In this document: piece by piece, positions 26,401-40,435 of the stretch
How positions within the stretch are numbered: position 1 is the stretch's first letter
How the letters are laid out: each line of letters begins with the position of its first letter
From: Octopus vulgaris
Taxonomy: Eukaryota
Length of the DNA: 64,000 nt
Reading direction: 5' to 3'
NCBI GenBank assembly: GCA_951406725.2
Contig: OX597820.1
Span: forward strand, 100,998,001 to 101,062,000
Made by a program: the position numbers and the translations under genes
The notes under the pieces: generated by a model
Database searches by the model: none
What the model saw: the letters and a program-made list of their open reading frames with translations, nothing else
Told to the model about the DNA's origin: nothing

Positions 26401-29400
26401 CAGGAGGGCATTTTCTAAAGTTTGAATTTAGAAGAATTCTAGGATCCCAATCCATAGACAAATGACTAACCAGGATTCCTAGAGTTAAAAAAGACACTTA
26501 CTTTGGCATGATAGTTCTTGTTCTCTGACTGAAGTTTACGGATTATCTCATTGCCTTTCTTTACTTCTACAGATATTGCTTTGACTTTATTTTCCAGCTT
26601 TGAAATTTCACGATGCTTTAATTCAAATTCCTCCTCATATCTTTTCTGAAATTACATAAGATAGATTATTAATTGGACAAAAAAGAAAAAAAAAGAAAGA
26701 AAACTAATCTTTTTTAGATCAGGATTCATACAACTAAGGCTCAACTCCAGTCTCCATAAGGTTAATTCAATGTAAAAGAAATGCCTACCAAAAAGGATAG
26801 CGGTCTATTACAAATTGGTTTTTCTAAAAGAAGGAATAAATTCAACATTGCTAACCAATGAATCAGTTTTACAATGGTGTTTATGATTCAATCAGGAAGC
26901 CTCTAAATACAAAAAGTGAAATCTCCTTCAAATCAAATCCTACTTGCTTAAACAAGAAGATAATCCTATTTAAAAAAACAAATGGGATGGTCATGACTGG
27001 AACCTTTTTGATCATAGGATGATGGATAAATGGATGTAAACTATTCAATATGTAACAAACTAACTGGAAACTCAACTCTGTCAGTCACGAATGAGCCATT
27101 GGTGCACCTAAGCGGTTCCCCTCTGGGGTACAAGTCTGGGTGGAAAGTCGCCTCACCAGTGAACACACAACCTAGGGTTGTTTTTATGGAAGACCAGCAG
27201 TCACCCATGCATGACAGCCTCCCCTCTCCACACCACCGATGTTATCCAAGGGAAAGGCAAAGGGGCCAATACAGCTTGGCACCAGTGACATCGCAGCTCA
27301 TTTCTACAGCTGAGTGAACTGGAGCAACATGAAATAAAGTGCCTTGCTCAAGAACACAACACGCAGCCCAGTCCGGGAATCAAACTCACAACCTCACAAT
27401 CGTAAGTTCAATGCTCTAACCGTTGAGCCATGTGCCTTCACAAAGTTTTTTGTTTCCCTGTAGTTTCAGCTCAGAGCTGCGGCCATGCTGATGCACCACC
27501 ATTTAAAACATAAAGACAGACAAAATACGGTTAAGCATTTCACTTGGTGCACTAACGTTTCTGCCAGTTAGCTGCCTTATATTAACCCTTTCGCTACCGT
27601 ATTTATTTTGAGGTGCTCTGTGCTTCTTTCAATTAATTTTAAATATAACAAAGAATTCAGTAAAATAACTTAGTTATCATTAAGCTAGTGTTAGGAACAT
27701 AAATTTTAACTAAGATTTGGTGGAAGATTTTAATTCAAAACTTATGAAAACAAGACATTTCTACTAAAGAGCCAGAGCCTGTTTCAGCCGGGTTGGTAAC
27801 GAAAGGGTTAATGATATTACTGATTTTGTCTTTCATTAATATGGTAGGAAGTTGGGAAGGAGTCAATAAAAATAGGAAGCTGTGATATCCTGGAATAAAT
27901 TCAATTAATTGTTTCCATGCACTACTTTTGTTTGTTTTCTAAAGAACAGTTCCCTTACCTTTTGGTCTTGCTCTGAACCTAAAAGATCAGAAGACTTAGC
28001 CAACACTTGTTCCTTGTCTTTCAATTCCTGTTCCAGAACAGCAATGCGAGTACCTTGTTGGTTGATGAGTTTCTCCTGCTCGTGAAGTTTTGCATCCATC
28101 GATACATTTTGTTTGCGTAGATTTTGAATTTCTATTTTACCAAGCTGCAGTTGTTCTTCGGCTGAGTTCAAATGAGAACGTAATTCACGCTGAGTAGATT
28201 CCAGTTTGTATTTCCTGTCTTGTAGTTCCTTTAAAAAAAATAGATAAACCAAAACTTCATTATTTAGTGTCTGCTTTCCATGCTGGCATGGATTAGAAAG
28301 TTTGACTGAAAATGGTGAGCTGCAGAGCTGCACCAGGTTCCAATCTGATTTGGCAAGGTTTCTACAGCTGGATGCCCTTCCTAACACTAACCACTCCAAG
28401 AGTAATGGGTGCATTTTACATGCCACTAGCACAAGTTATATGACACTGGCATTGGCCACAACTATGATTTCACTTGGCTTGATATTATTGTAGGGTAAAA
28501 AATATTGTAAGGTAAAGATGAACATAAAGAAATATTATGTTGATTATAAACCACTGAAGTCTTGGATTATGAGATCTTGTGCAATGATAAGCATCCAAGA
28601 GTATATTCTTATGGGAATTAATACTGTAACATCAATACCTTTCTCAAGAATGTTAGCAAAGAAAGTAAAGACAAAATTGAAACAATCATAACTGAGAACT
28701 GAAACCTGTCACAAAATCTGTTTATTTCAGTCATTTATTTATGATTAGTTAATACCTGTTTTCCATGCTAGCATGGGTAGGAGGGTTTCACAGGGAACCA
28801 GTGAGCTGTTGAGCTGCAGCAAGCTCAAATGTCATCTTTAGCACGATTTCTACTGCTGGATTCCCTTTCTAATACCAGCCACTTTACAGAGTATAACTGG
28901 GTGCTTTTATCGTGCCACTGACACTAATGACGTTGCCATATAACTTGCAAGATAGAAAAGAATGGAGAAGGAAAAGGAGGAAAAAGTTACCACTACTAAG
29001 ATGAAGTATATAGGTAGGGAAGGTGGAGATAAGAGGCAGTAAGCCAGGCACTGAAGGACTAAAGTATGATAAAGGAACAAGCAAGGGTGTCTTGCTATAG
29101 AGATGTATGGCTGTAGGAGACAAGAGGAAGTTAGAGGTGGGATGCTAGAGCAAACTCTCAAAGAACAAGATGAGCATACAAGAGGATGAGGATAGTGGAT
29201 CATGAGAGGGAATGAGAGAACGGCTGCTTTCATAAGAGTGTGAGGAGGGAATAAACAAAGGTAGAGGTTGGTGCAGTGAGTGAAAAACAAGGGCTGGGGT
29301 GCAGATGAAGAGAAATACTAGTATTCAGAAGGGTGAAGTGGGCTCAGGATATAGGAGTGTCTCAGGAAGGAGAATAGAACAGAAAGTAATAAATAATGTG

Positions 29401-30571
29401 TAGGAGCTGTGGAAAGGGAGAGATAGGGATACATAAGGGGCTAGGCGGGTTATGATGGTAAATATGGGAGAGTATTAAGAAAAGAGAAGCATTTAGAATG
29501 GAGTATAGCAGAAGGGGAGAAAATGGCAGTGCCTGAAAGCACAGAAAGGAGGTGATTGATTGAAATGGTAGGGTGTAGAAGACCTACATCAACAAGTTTC
29601 ATCTGACCCATACAAGCATTGAAAAGTGAACATAAAAATAACCAGCACACCATTGCTTACAATGATGAGGCTTCCAGTTGATTTGATCAACAGAATAGCC
29701 AGCTCATGAAATTAACATACAAGTGGCTGAGCACTCTACAGATATGTGTACCTATTTCTTTACTACCCATAAGGGGCTAAACACAGAGGACAAACAAGGG
29801 CAGACAAAGGGATTAAGTCGTTTACATCGATCCCAGTGTGCAACTGGTACTTAATTTATCGACCCCGAAAGGATGAAAGGGAAAGTCGACCTCGGCGGAA
29901 TTTGAACTCAGAACGTAACGGCAGACATAATACTGCTAAGCATTTCATCCAGCGTGCTAACGTTTCTGCCATCTCACCGCCATACACATACAGATATGTG
30001 TACCCTTAACGTAATTCTCAGGGAAATTCAGCACGACACAGAGTATGACAAGGCTGGCCCTTTGAAATACAGATACTACTCATTTTTGCCAGCTGAATGA
30101 ACTGGAGCAAGGTGAATAAAGTGTCTTGCTCAAGGAAACAATGCACTGCTGGGAATCGAACTCATGATCTTACGATAGTGAGCCACATACCCTAACCACT
30201 AAGCCATGCATCTTCACATAAAAATGAATACATAACATGCACAAATGTTCAGATACATGTACTACACACACATACACAGAGAAATATAAACAATCACTAG
30301 TATATACACATGTATATATCACCATGTACACAGTGAAGCGAGAGATAAAGAAGTGTCACTGGCATTACAAGCAGTGTCCTTCATTTCCAACCTTCTGTGA
30401 AAACATGTCTGGTCATGCAGAAATATAACATTACTTGGAAACAGGCAAGGGTTGTCTTAACCAGTTCCATCAAACCCATGCAAGCATGAAGTAGTAGTAG
30501 TAGTAGCAGTAGTAGTAATGGTGGTGGTGGTGGTGGTGGTGGTAGTAGTAGTAGTAATGGTGGTGGTGGTT

Positions 30572-30619
<48 letters not shown>

Positions 30620-30895
30620 ATGGTGATGGCGGTTGTGGTAGTAGTAGTAGTAGTAGTAATGGTGGTGGCGGTTGTGGTGGTGGTAGTAGTAGTAGTAGTA
30701 ATGGTGGTGGTAGTGGTGGTGGTAGTAGTAGTAGTAATGGTGGTGGTAGTAGTAGTAGTAGTAAATGGTGGTGGTGGTGGTGGTGGTAGTAGTAGTAGTA
30801 GTAGTAATGGTGGTGGTAGTGGTGGTAGTAGTAGTAATGGTGGTGGTGGTAGTGGTGGTGGTAGTAGTAGTAGTAGCAGCAGTAGCAGCAGCAGC

Positions 30896-30955
<60 letters not shown>

Positions 30956-33900
30956 GGTGGTGGTGGTAGTAGTAGTAGTAACCTTTTAGCATTTAAATCG
31001 GGCCAGATCCAACATTTCACACCTACCCTAAAATGTTATTTTGAACATAAACAATCCCATTACTGAACTCTCAAAGCTGAGAGATAATGCATCTTTTGAC
31101 AAAATATGCTGAGACCTCCTTTGGTCATGACTGACCATGGGATTGTACCTAGAAAGTTACCCTCCGAGGCACAAGTCTGGGCAAAGTTGTTTATGGAAGA
31201 GTCGCCCATGCATAACCCAATCTCCTCTCTCCACGCCACCAGTGTTATCCAAGGGTAAGGCAAAGGGGCCGATACAGCTTGGCACCTGTGACGTCGCAAC
31301 TCATTTCTACAGCTGAGTGAACAGGAGCAACATGAAATAAAGTGTTTTGCTCAAGAACACAACATGCAGCCCAGTCTGGGATTCGAACTCACAACCTCAC
31401 GATTGTAAGCTCGGTGCTCTAACCACTGAGCCATGTGCCTTCATGACAGAATAATCTGAAAGCTAAAGTGTTAAAGAAAGCAATGAAAGCCCTGATTAAG
31501 AAACGCTTGAGAAATAACAAGAAAACTACATAGTTGAGAAAACAGATGAATTTTTTGAAGTTTAAAACCAAGACATACATACTTTATTGGAGGATTCAGC
31601 TTCAAATAATTTTGCCTCCATCTGCTTTACAATCCTCATATGAGACTGTTCAAGCTCTTTACGTTCATTCTCTAATTTCAACTGACAGCTGTTCTTTATC
31701 TGGAAACACAAAATAAATAAATAAATAAAATAAAGGAGAGTGAGACACAGAATTGGAGAGGAGAATATAGAATAGATACAGAGAAGTAAGATAGATGGTT
31801 GTTGGAGGTCATAAGTTTGGACCTGATCTAAACTATTTCAGGGCTTGAGTCCACAACTGAGCATTTCATTTAAAGGCTCTCACTTCAGGCTGTTGTTGAA
31901 TGAAATCTTCTGGAAATGTTATCTATGATAGGTGCAGGTATATAGCTGTGTGGTAAGAAGTTTGTTTCCCAAATACGTGGTTTCAGGTTCAGTCCCACTA
32001 TATGACACTTTGGGCAAATTGCTTCTACTATAGCCTTGGGACAACAAAAGTCTTGTGAGTGGATTTGGTAGATGGAAACTGAAAAGAAACCTGTTGTGTG
32101 TGTGCGTACATCTCTGTACTACTTGACAACCAATGTTGGTTTGTTCATGTCCCCATAAAAAAGACAAAGAAACCAACAGAATTAGCACAAGGCTTCACAA
32201 AAAAATAATAAGTACTGAGGTTAATAAGTTCGACTAAAATTCTTCAAGGTGCCCCAGCATGGTCACAGTTTAATGACTGAAACAAGTAAAAGACAAAAGA
32301 TATGATAGACTAACATCCTACACAAGGATTTATCTCTCAAAGCACCAACTTGATGAATAATTGTACATAAATGTATGCAAAGGTTATGAAACACTTCATG
32401 ATTTAGTCAGTACTGTCATAAACAAGTTGTAAAAACAATAAGCCATAAAAATGATACATCATACAGAATGGTGAACGGATCTAGTTATCACTAAGCAAGG
32501 CATTTTTTAATATTTTAACCCTTTCATTACTGCATTTATTTTGAGATGTTCTGTGTTTCTTTTAATTACTTTAAATATAACAGAATTTAGTAAAATAACT
32601 TAGTTATCATTAAGCTAGTGTTAGGAACATAAATTGTGACTAAGGTTTGGTGGAAGATTTTAATTCACAACTTATGAAAACAAGACATTTGTACTACAGA
32701 GCCAGAGCCAGTTTCAGCCAGGTTGGTATCAAAAAAGTTAAGTGCAAAATGACTATGAGCAAAATTTAATAGAGTGAAAGGCAGATTGTACAATGCCTAT
32801 GTCCATACAGCTTTGCTGCATGGCAGTAAAACATGGGCTGTGATTACAGAGGCCATGCAAAAGCCTGAAAGAAATGAAGCCATCATGTGCTGCTGGATGG
32901 GTAATGTCAGTGTGCACGTACAACAGAATGTAAATGATTTACAAGGAAAACTAGGTGGCATTGATGTTGTATGTAAGAGAGAAGACTATGCTGGTATGGT
33001 CACGTGATGTGCATGGATGAGAACAGCTGCTTAAAGAAGAGCCGATCTCTAATTGTGGAGGGAACCTGTGGAAGGAGTAAACTCAGGAAGACATGGGACA
33101 AAGTGGTGAGAAAGGATCTTCAGATGTGGGGCCTTGCTGAGGAGATGACAAAGGATTGGGACTTGTAGCGATTTGCTGTACTTGAGAAGACATGACAAGC
33201 TAAGTAGAATTGCAGCCATCCATATATACAGGCATGTCCTTTATGGCTATGCCCCCAATCCCTCTTCCTCAAGAGAAAAATCTAATTATAAAAAAACAAA
33301 GGCTTCGCTAAAGGAACAAGAAATCATCTCAAATATTAAGACAAAAGATATTCGGTGATAACCATTTCAGATTCAGTAGTTTGAGTGTTTGGGATTCTTA
33401 CCTCAAAACATTGCTCTTTCTCAAGGCTCAGCTCTTCTTTATGATTAGCAGTTAATTCATTAATTTTGCATGTCCATTCAGTTTTAAGACTTTCCAGTTC
33501 AGTTGTTCTTGTTGACAGTTTCTGCAATTCAAAGTAAAATTCAAATACATACCATGTAAATGAGATGGATGTATGTGTGTGTGTGTGTGTGTGTGCGTGT
33601 ATGTGTGTGCGTGCGCACGACATTCAGTTACTTCAAACGCTTTAAATCTCTCACTTGAAAGGTTTTCTTCATATTCCTACAGAAAAAAAATTTAATTTTT
33701 ACCCCTAATGAGAACTAAGATTTGCTCTCACAATCTTTGCAGGTCCTCCAAGATTAGTGAGGCTGATGTGGCTCATGTTTAACTTGAACAAATTTAAGGC
33801 CAATGAATTTAAAGAAAAGATTTCATGAAAAATTTTTAAGGAGTGAATTGTACAAAAGACTAAAGAGGAGTGATGCATAATATCATCTGTAATAGTGCTA

Positions 33901-34833
33901 GACATAATAGCACACAGGTAATGTATGTACTGAGGGAAGACTGTAGAGGTTATTACAGCTCATCATGCTACATAAGAGCTGATTGAGAGTTGGTTAGTGA
34001 CAGCCAAATCAATATATGCTGCAGATGACAAAAATGTTCCAAAATAAATAATTTTAAAATATGTAAGTAGTAATGTAAAAAGCACTATCCGAATCGTGGC
34101 CGATGCCAGCGCCGCCATCGACTGGCTTCCATGCCGGTGGCACGTAAAAAGCACCATCCGACCCGTGGCCGATGCCAGTGCCGCCTCGACTGGCTTCCAT
34201 GCCGGTGGCACGTAAAATGCACCAATCCGACCGTGGCCGTTCACCAGCCTCGTCTGGCACCTGTGTCGGTGGCACATAAAAAGCACCCACTACACTCACG
34301 GAGTGGTTGGCGTTAGGAAGGGTATCCAGCTGTAGAAACACCGCCAGATCTGACTGGCCTGGTGCAGCCTTAGGGCTTCCCAGACCCCAGTTGAACCGTC
34401 CAACCCATGCTAGCATAGAAAGCGGACATTAAACGATGATGATGATGATGATGATAGCTTCTTTGACATGCTGTGCTGGATTCTCCAGAACACGGGTCAC
34501 AGTCGCCACAAAAAAGCATATGAAGATTGTATGCAGGCAGCTTAGTGAGAAGATACAATTGAAAGCATTGTCATGATCAAATGCAACAATATTGCTTTTC
34601 ATCCAAGCTCTCAGAAGCAAGAGACCATTGGTGAATAACAGAAAAGCAGATCTCTGGAAAATCTGACTCTGCTGAAGCCATACTAATAATCCTTTCTACT
34701 AAAGGCACAAGCCCCAAAATTTTGGAGGAGGGGACAAGTCAATTACATTGACCCCCAGTGTTTCACTGGTAATTTATTGACCCCCAAAAGGATGAAAGGC
34801 AAAGTCAACTTCAGTGGAATTTGAACTCAGAAT

Positions 34834-34870
<37 letters not shown>

Positions 34871-34917
34871 CGGTAGTAGTGGTAGTAGTGATAGTAGTGG
34901 TAGTGGTGGTGGTGGTG

Positions 34918-34949
<32 letters not shown>

Positions 34950-37900
34950 CCTTTCTACTAAAAGCACAAAGCCTGAAATTTGGAGGGGAGGGGACTAGTC
35001 GATTACATCAACCCTCCCACACCCCACCCCAGTGTTTCACTGGTACTTAATTTATCAACCCTAAAAATCAACCTCAGTGAAATTTGAACTCAGAACATAA
35101 GGATGGACAACATGCTAACAATTCTGCCAGCTCACTGCCTTAAGCCAACTGAAGAGAGAATAAAACAGAAGATGATAAAGGAAGTTTATTGTTAACAACT
35201 GTTTTCAGCACCTCACAGATTTTAGAAGTGAGAGAGCTAGCAGTGTTACAGACAAGTTACCCTTTCAGGAATGGGACTGTCTGAAATATGTTGCCAAATA
35301 TAGGGATAGATGCCTGGAGAAAGAGAGAAAGTGAGATGGGGGGAAGAGAAAGAGAAATTGAAGAGTTTATTGAGGATAGGTGTGAAGTGTAAGGTCTGGA
35401 GCTATTTTAATTGAAAAAAAAAAATTCCAAAATAAAATGTATAAGGACTAACTTCTTCAGCCTGTTTTAGACGTTGAGATAAGTCAGTGCTTGTGTGTTC
35501 CAGACGCTGGTGTAACAATTCATTGGTTTCCTGAATGAAAGACACAAAGTTCAAACAAAAAGTTATAAATAAGTTGATAATAAAAATGCTATAAACTTTA
35601 AGCATGTAAATGTATTTTTCATAATGCAATTATTTAGTGAAGCACAACAAAAGATTACCATCTTCACTAAACAATCATTCAGTGAACAAACTAAAGGGGT
35701 AATCTTTTCTTTTTTTACTAGTGCTGGCACAATATAAAAAGTACTTGTGCTGGTGCCATGTTAAGAGCACCTAGTATACTCCATGGAGTGGTTGATATTA
35801 GGAAAGGTATCCAGCTGTAGAAACCATGCCAGAACAGACAATGGGGCCCGGTGTGGCCCTTAGCCTTACCAGCTCCAGTCAAACAGTTCAATTGATACCA
35901 GCATGGAAAATAGACATTAAACGATGATGATGAGGTGCAGGCATTTTCTGTCCAACCACATGGTTCCATGTTTGGTCCCATAGCACAGCACCTTGTACAA
36001 GTGTTTTTTTTACTGTAGCCTCAGACCAACCAAAGCCTTATGAGTAGATTTAGTAGATGGAAACTGAAAGAAGCCTGTTACATACTTATATAAACATGTA
36101 CATATTTATGTGAGCACGTTTTTGTAGTGTGTCTTCTACCATCACTTTAACAACCAGTGTCAGTTTATTTACATCCCCCATAACTTAGTAGTTCAACATA
36201 AGAGACCAACAGAATAAGTACCAGGCTTTAAAAAATAAAGTACTAGGGTTCATTCGTTCAAATAAAACCCTTCAAGGCAGTAACCCAGGAAGGTCACACT
36301 CCAATAACTGACACAAATAAAAAGATAACAGATTGCCTTATCTATGTTAATGTCAGAAATTGTGCACATCATGACAAGCAAATGAAACTGACAATTATGC
36401 AACAACTTTTATTGTTTGGTATTGGGAGATAATTCTCACTGGGGTAAATATTTATAGCCAGATAAACTAAGCTATGCCACCTCATGGTCCCAGCAGACAA
36501 AATGGAAAAGGCGTTGCCCTGGAGGATTCCAAAAGAGATGCACGGAAACAGCCACTCTGACTCATGGGGTTCACATTTGCAGACATCCATCATCATCATC
36601 ATTGTTCGACCGTGGTCAAGACAATGGAATTTACCATGCTACGCCAGACTTCACGGTCCATCATGGCATTACGGAGGTCCTGTTGCTGGATGCCTGTATC
36701 CCTGGAGATTACATCAGGGTAGGAGAATGTGCGCCCTCTGGTATCGCAAGCAGATGGCTTCCAGAGGAGAAGAGTAGAAATTACCTCTTTTTCAGCTCTA
36801 CAACAATGTCCAGCAAACTGGACTCTCTTACCTTTCACAAGAGATGACACAAGTGGTAGTTTCCCATATATTTGCATTTTGGTTGGATGACGCTTCCACG
36901 AGAGATTTTGAGCTCTCATAAGGAGGCGAGTGTAGGTTCCATCCAACCGCCTCTCAAGCTTCTTTGATAATGTCCAGGTTTCTGAGCCATATAGTAGAAT
37001 TGGTTCTGCCCTGATAATGGTGAACAAGGATGTGGTTTGGGGGACTGAGAACGCCAGAGGACTCCACTGCCACAGGCTTGACCATCTTCTTGTAAGGTCT
37101 CTTCACTGACTTTGTTAGAATTACATTATCCCATAAATTCTTAAACAGATATGCTGCCTTAACCCTTTAGAATTTAGCATTTAAACCGGCCATATACAGC
37201 CCATTCAAATCAGCCAGATCCAGCATCTCACACCAACCCTACAATGCCATTCTAAAAATAAACAATCACATCATCGAAATCGCAACATAAAGCTACAAGT
37301 TAATACATGATTAATTCAGAAGAATGAGAATAAAAAATTATTACACTTGACAGAGTATTTTAAAAGTTAAAGGATTAAACTAAGAGACAAGTTCAAATCA
37401 GTCTTTAATCAAGTTCAAATTAGTCTTTAATCAAGAAATAAAGTAACAATGGGATGTGAACACATTGCTTCTGCACACATATGCAGCCTATCCCCTGAGA
37501 CTTCCAAGCATTGAATTATGTAGTTATAACAATGTTAAGAAAAAAACAGGATAAACGATACCTTTAGCTGCTTCAAGCAATCAGCAAGATATTTTTTCAC
37601 ATCGCTGTCTTGTCCAGGTAGAAACTTCAATGAAAGGTGAGTCAAATGTTTAAATGGATTGGTCTCAACAATATTTAAAACAGCTATCGGCCGAATTTGA
37701 TTCACTCCACCTTGATTCAAGAGCTGTAAAATGAATCTAAGTAAAAACAAAAAAATAGCCTTCAATATTAATAAAAAATCAATACTGAGACAAGCATACA
37801 TAGAAATCATATTTGGCTAAAATTTACACTATCAGATACATAACTGAAACTGATATGCATCTGAGGCCCCCAAGTCATTTAATTATAAATATGATGGAGC

Positions 37901-40400
37901 ACTCCGTCGGTTACGACGATGAGGTTCCGGTTGATCTGAATCAACGGAACAGCCTGCTCGTGAAATTAACGTGTAAGTGGCTGAGCACTCCACAGACACG
38001 TGCACCCTTAACGTAGTTCTCGGGGATATTCAGCGTGACACAGAGAGTGACAAGGCCGGCCCCTTGAAATACAGGTACAACAGAAACAGGAAGTAAGAGT
38101 GAAAGTTGTGGTGAAAGAGTACAGCAGGGATCACCGCCATCCCCTGCCGGAGCCTCGTGGAGGTCTTTTCGCTCAATAAACACTCACAACGCCCGGTCTG
38201 GGAATCGAAACCACGATCCTATGACCGCGAGTCCATTGCCCTAACCACTGGGTCATTGCACCTCCACTAATTATAAATAATACACTGGATACATGAATGT
38301 GTGTGTGCGTGTGTGTCTGTGTAGAAAGATAAATATAGCTCAAAGATAATCAGCAGGAGTACTGTGCAGTTAAATGAGTGTTTCCTTATCTTACACTGCA
38401 AGTCCTCCAGTGGGCTCAGAGGAGTTAATAAGAAACCAGACCAGTGTAGTTTCACCAAGAGATACTGGAGTAAACCAGAATTCAACCTCCATTTACAGGC
38501 AAGTGGTAGAATACATCATCATTATCATCATCATTTAAAATCCACTGTCCATGCTGGCATGATTCAGATGGTTTGACCAGAGCTGGCAAGCTGAGGAGCT
38601 GTACCAGACCCCGATCTGATCTGGTTTGTTTTCTAAGGCTGGATGCCCTGCCTAACACCCAACGTTATACAATTATAACAAAATCATAAACAAAAGTGTC
38701 TAAATTCTAAAGGAAATCATTGAAAGAATTTATGGCACTGGGAACTGAAAACATTTATTGGATTCAATTTGACATGTTCTCCAATGCTCACTCTCTAGGA
38801 AATAGGCAAGAATTTATCATCATTATTGATTTTAAATTTTAGTACAAGACCAATAATTTAAGATAGGTAGTTAATTACAGGTAGTTAATTACATCATCAT
38901 TAATTACAATAAGACAGGTAGTTAATTTCATCATCCCAGTGCTCAAATGGTACTCATTTTATTGACTCCAGAAGGAGGAAAGGCAAAGTCGACCTCAGCA
39001 GAATTTGAACTCAGAACATAGCCCTAAGCATTTCACCTGGTATAACAATTCTGCCATCTCACTGTCTTAATTATTATTATTATTATTCCAAGGGTGACTT
39101 TGCCTTTCATCCTTTTAGGGTCGATAAAATAAGTACCAGTTGAACACAGGGGTTGATGTAATCAACTTAAGACTCCACCCCTGAAATTCAAGCCTTCTAC
39201 TCTTAGTAGAAAGGACTACTACTACTACTACAAAATAATCAGAGTAATTAGGTCAATTTCCATGACTCCTGCAGCTTCACAGATTAGTGGGGTTGATTTT
39301 GAACATCTGTAGGTCGATGTCTCTAAGGAAAATATAGGTTAGAAGAGAATTCCATGAGATTGTAATTCTGCGATAGAAGGAATAGACAATGTCTAGTGGT
39401 GCATGTTACATGTTAACAAATAAATCATAAATCAATACTTGATTCTATTTCAGAGATTTAATAAAAATTATAAATGAGGTTTTACAACTTACTTAGGGAC
39501 TTCTTTATCTTCTTCTAATAAACATAAATTCAGAAGTTCAACCACTTTCTGGGGAAAGGAACCAAAATCGACCAATAATCCTTGCTGAGTTTTCAAACTG
39601 GCAATAAATGAACCAGAGGGAATTTGGTATGATTAAAACATTAAAAGTTTAACATTTAGATTTTAGTTTATCATATCAAGTCACACAAAATTCTTCCTAC
39701 ATATTATATTTACATTATTGTTACAGTTCATTATTTTACCATTACTCGAAAGACAATCATCAGATGGCATGTTAATGAAGAAATATTTTCAATGCTAACA
39801 GAATTATCATTTGCAGGTACAAAAAATTCACGACTTTATCAACCCGTAAGTGTTAGAAATACAAATATTTCAAGGGAGATAACTTTGTAATTATGTTCAA
39901 GAGTTATCTGTCTTGTGTAATTTCTTATAGCGTACTATAAAAGAAAGATATATCGGTAATATTTTTTTTTTCTAGTTTCAGCTAGGAGCTGTGGCCATGC
40001 TGATGCACCGCCGTTTTGCAGCACTGTTATTACTAAGAGCCTCCTCCTAATATGTGGCACTTGGTGAAGCATGGAGTTTGATATAGCTACCCTCATTTGC
40101 ACCACTTGCCGTGAGGTAGGTTCATCTGGGACTCTCAACAGGAAGAGGTCCAGCTTTGATTTAAAAACCCCTACATCTACCTTGTGCAAGTTCCTCAGAC
40201 TCTTTGGGAGAGTATTAAAAAGCTGTGGACCCTTGAAACCCAGGCTGTTGCAGTAACTGGTCCTGAAACATGATGGCATTGCTGGGACCTTTGGCACTAT
40301 GCAGTGTCGTCCCGTTCTGGCATTGGTGTAGCTTTCAATGCCAAATTTGGCACAATTCCTTCCAGGATCTTCCAGATATATATTACTGCATACCTCTCCC

Positions 40401-40435
<35 letters not shown>

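Noticed and set aside
30381-31066. Long poly-Y/H/L/P/T/V/S ORFs
   Set aside because: Translations of a trinucleotide microsatellite.
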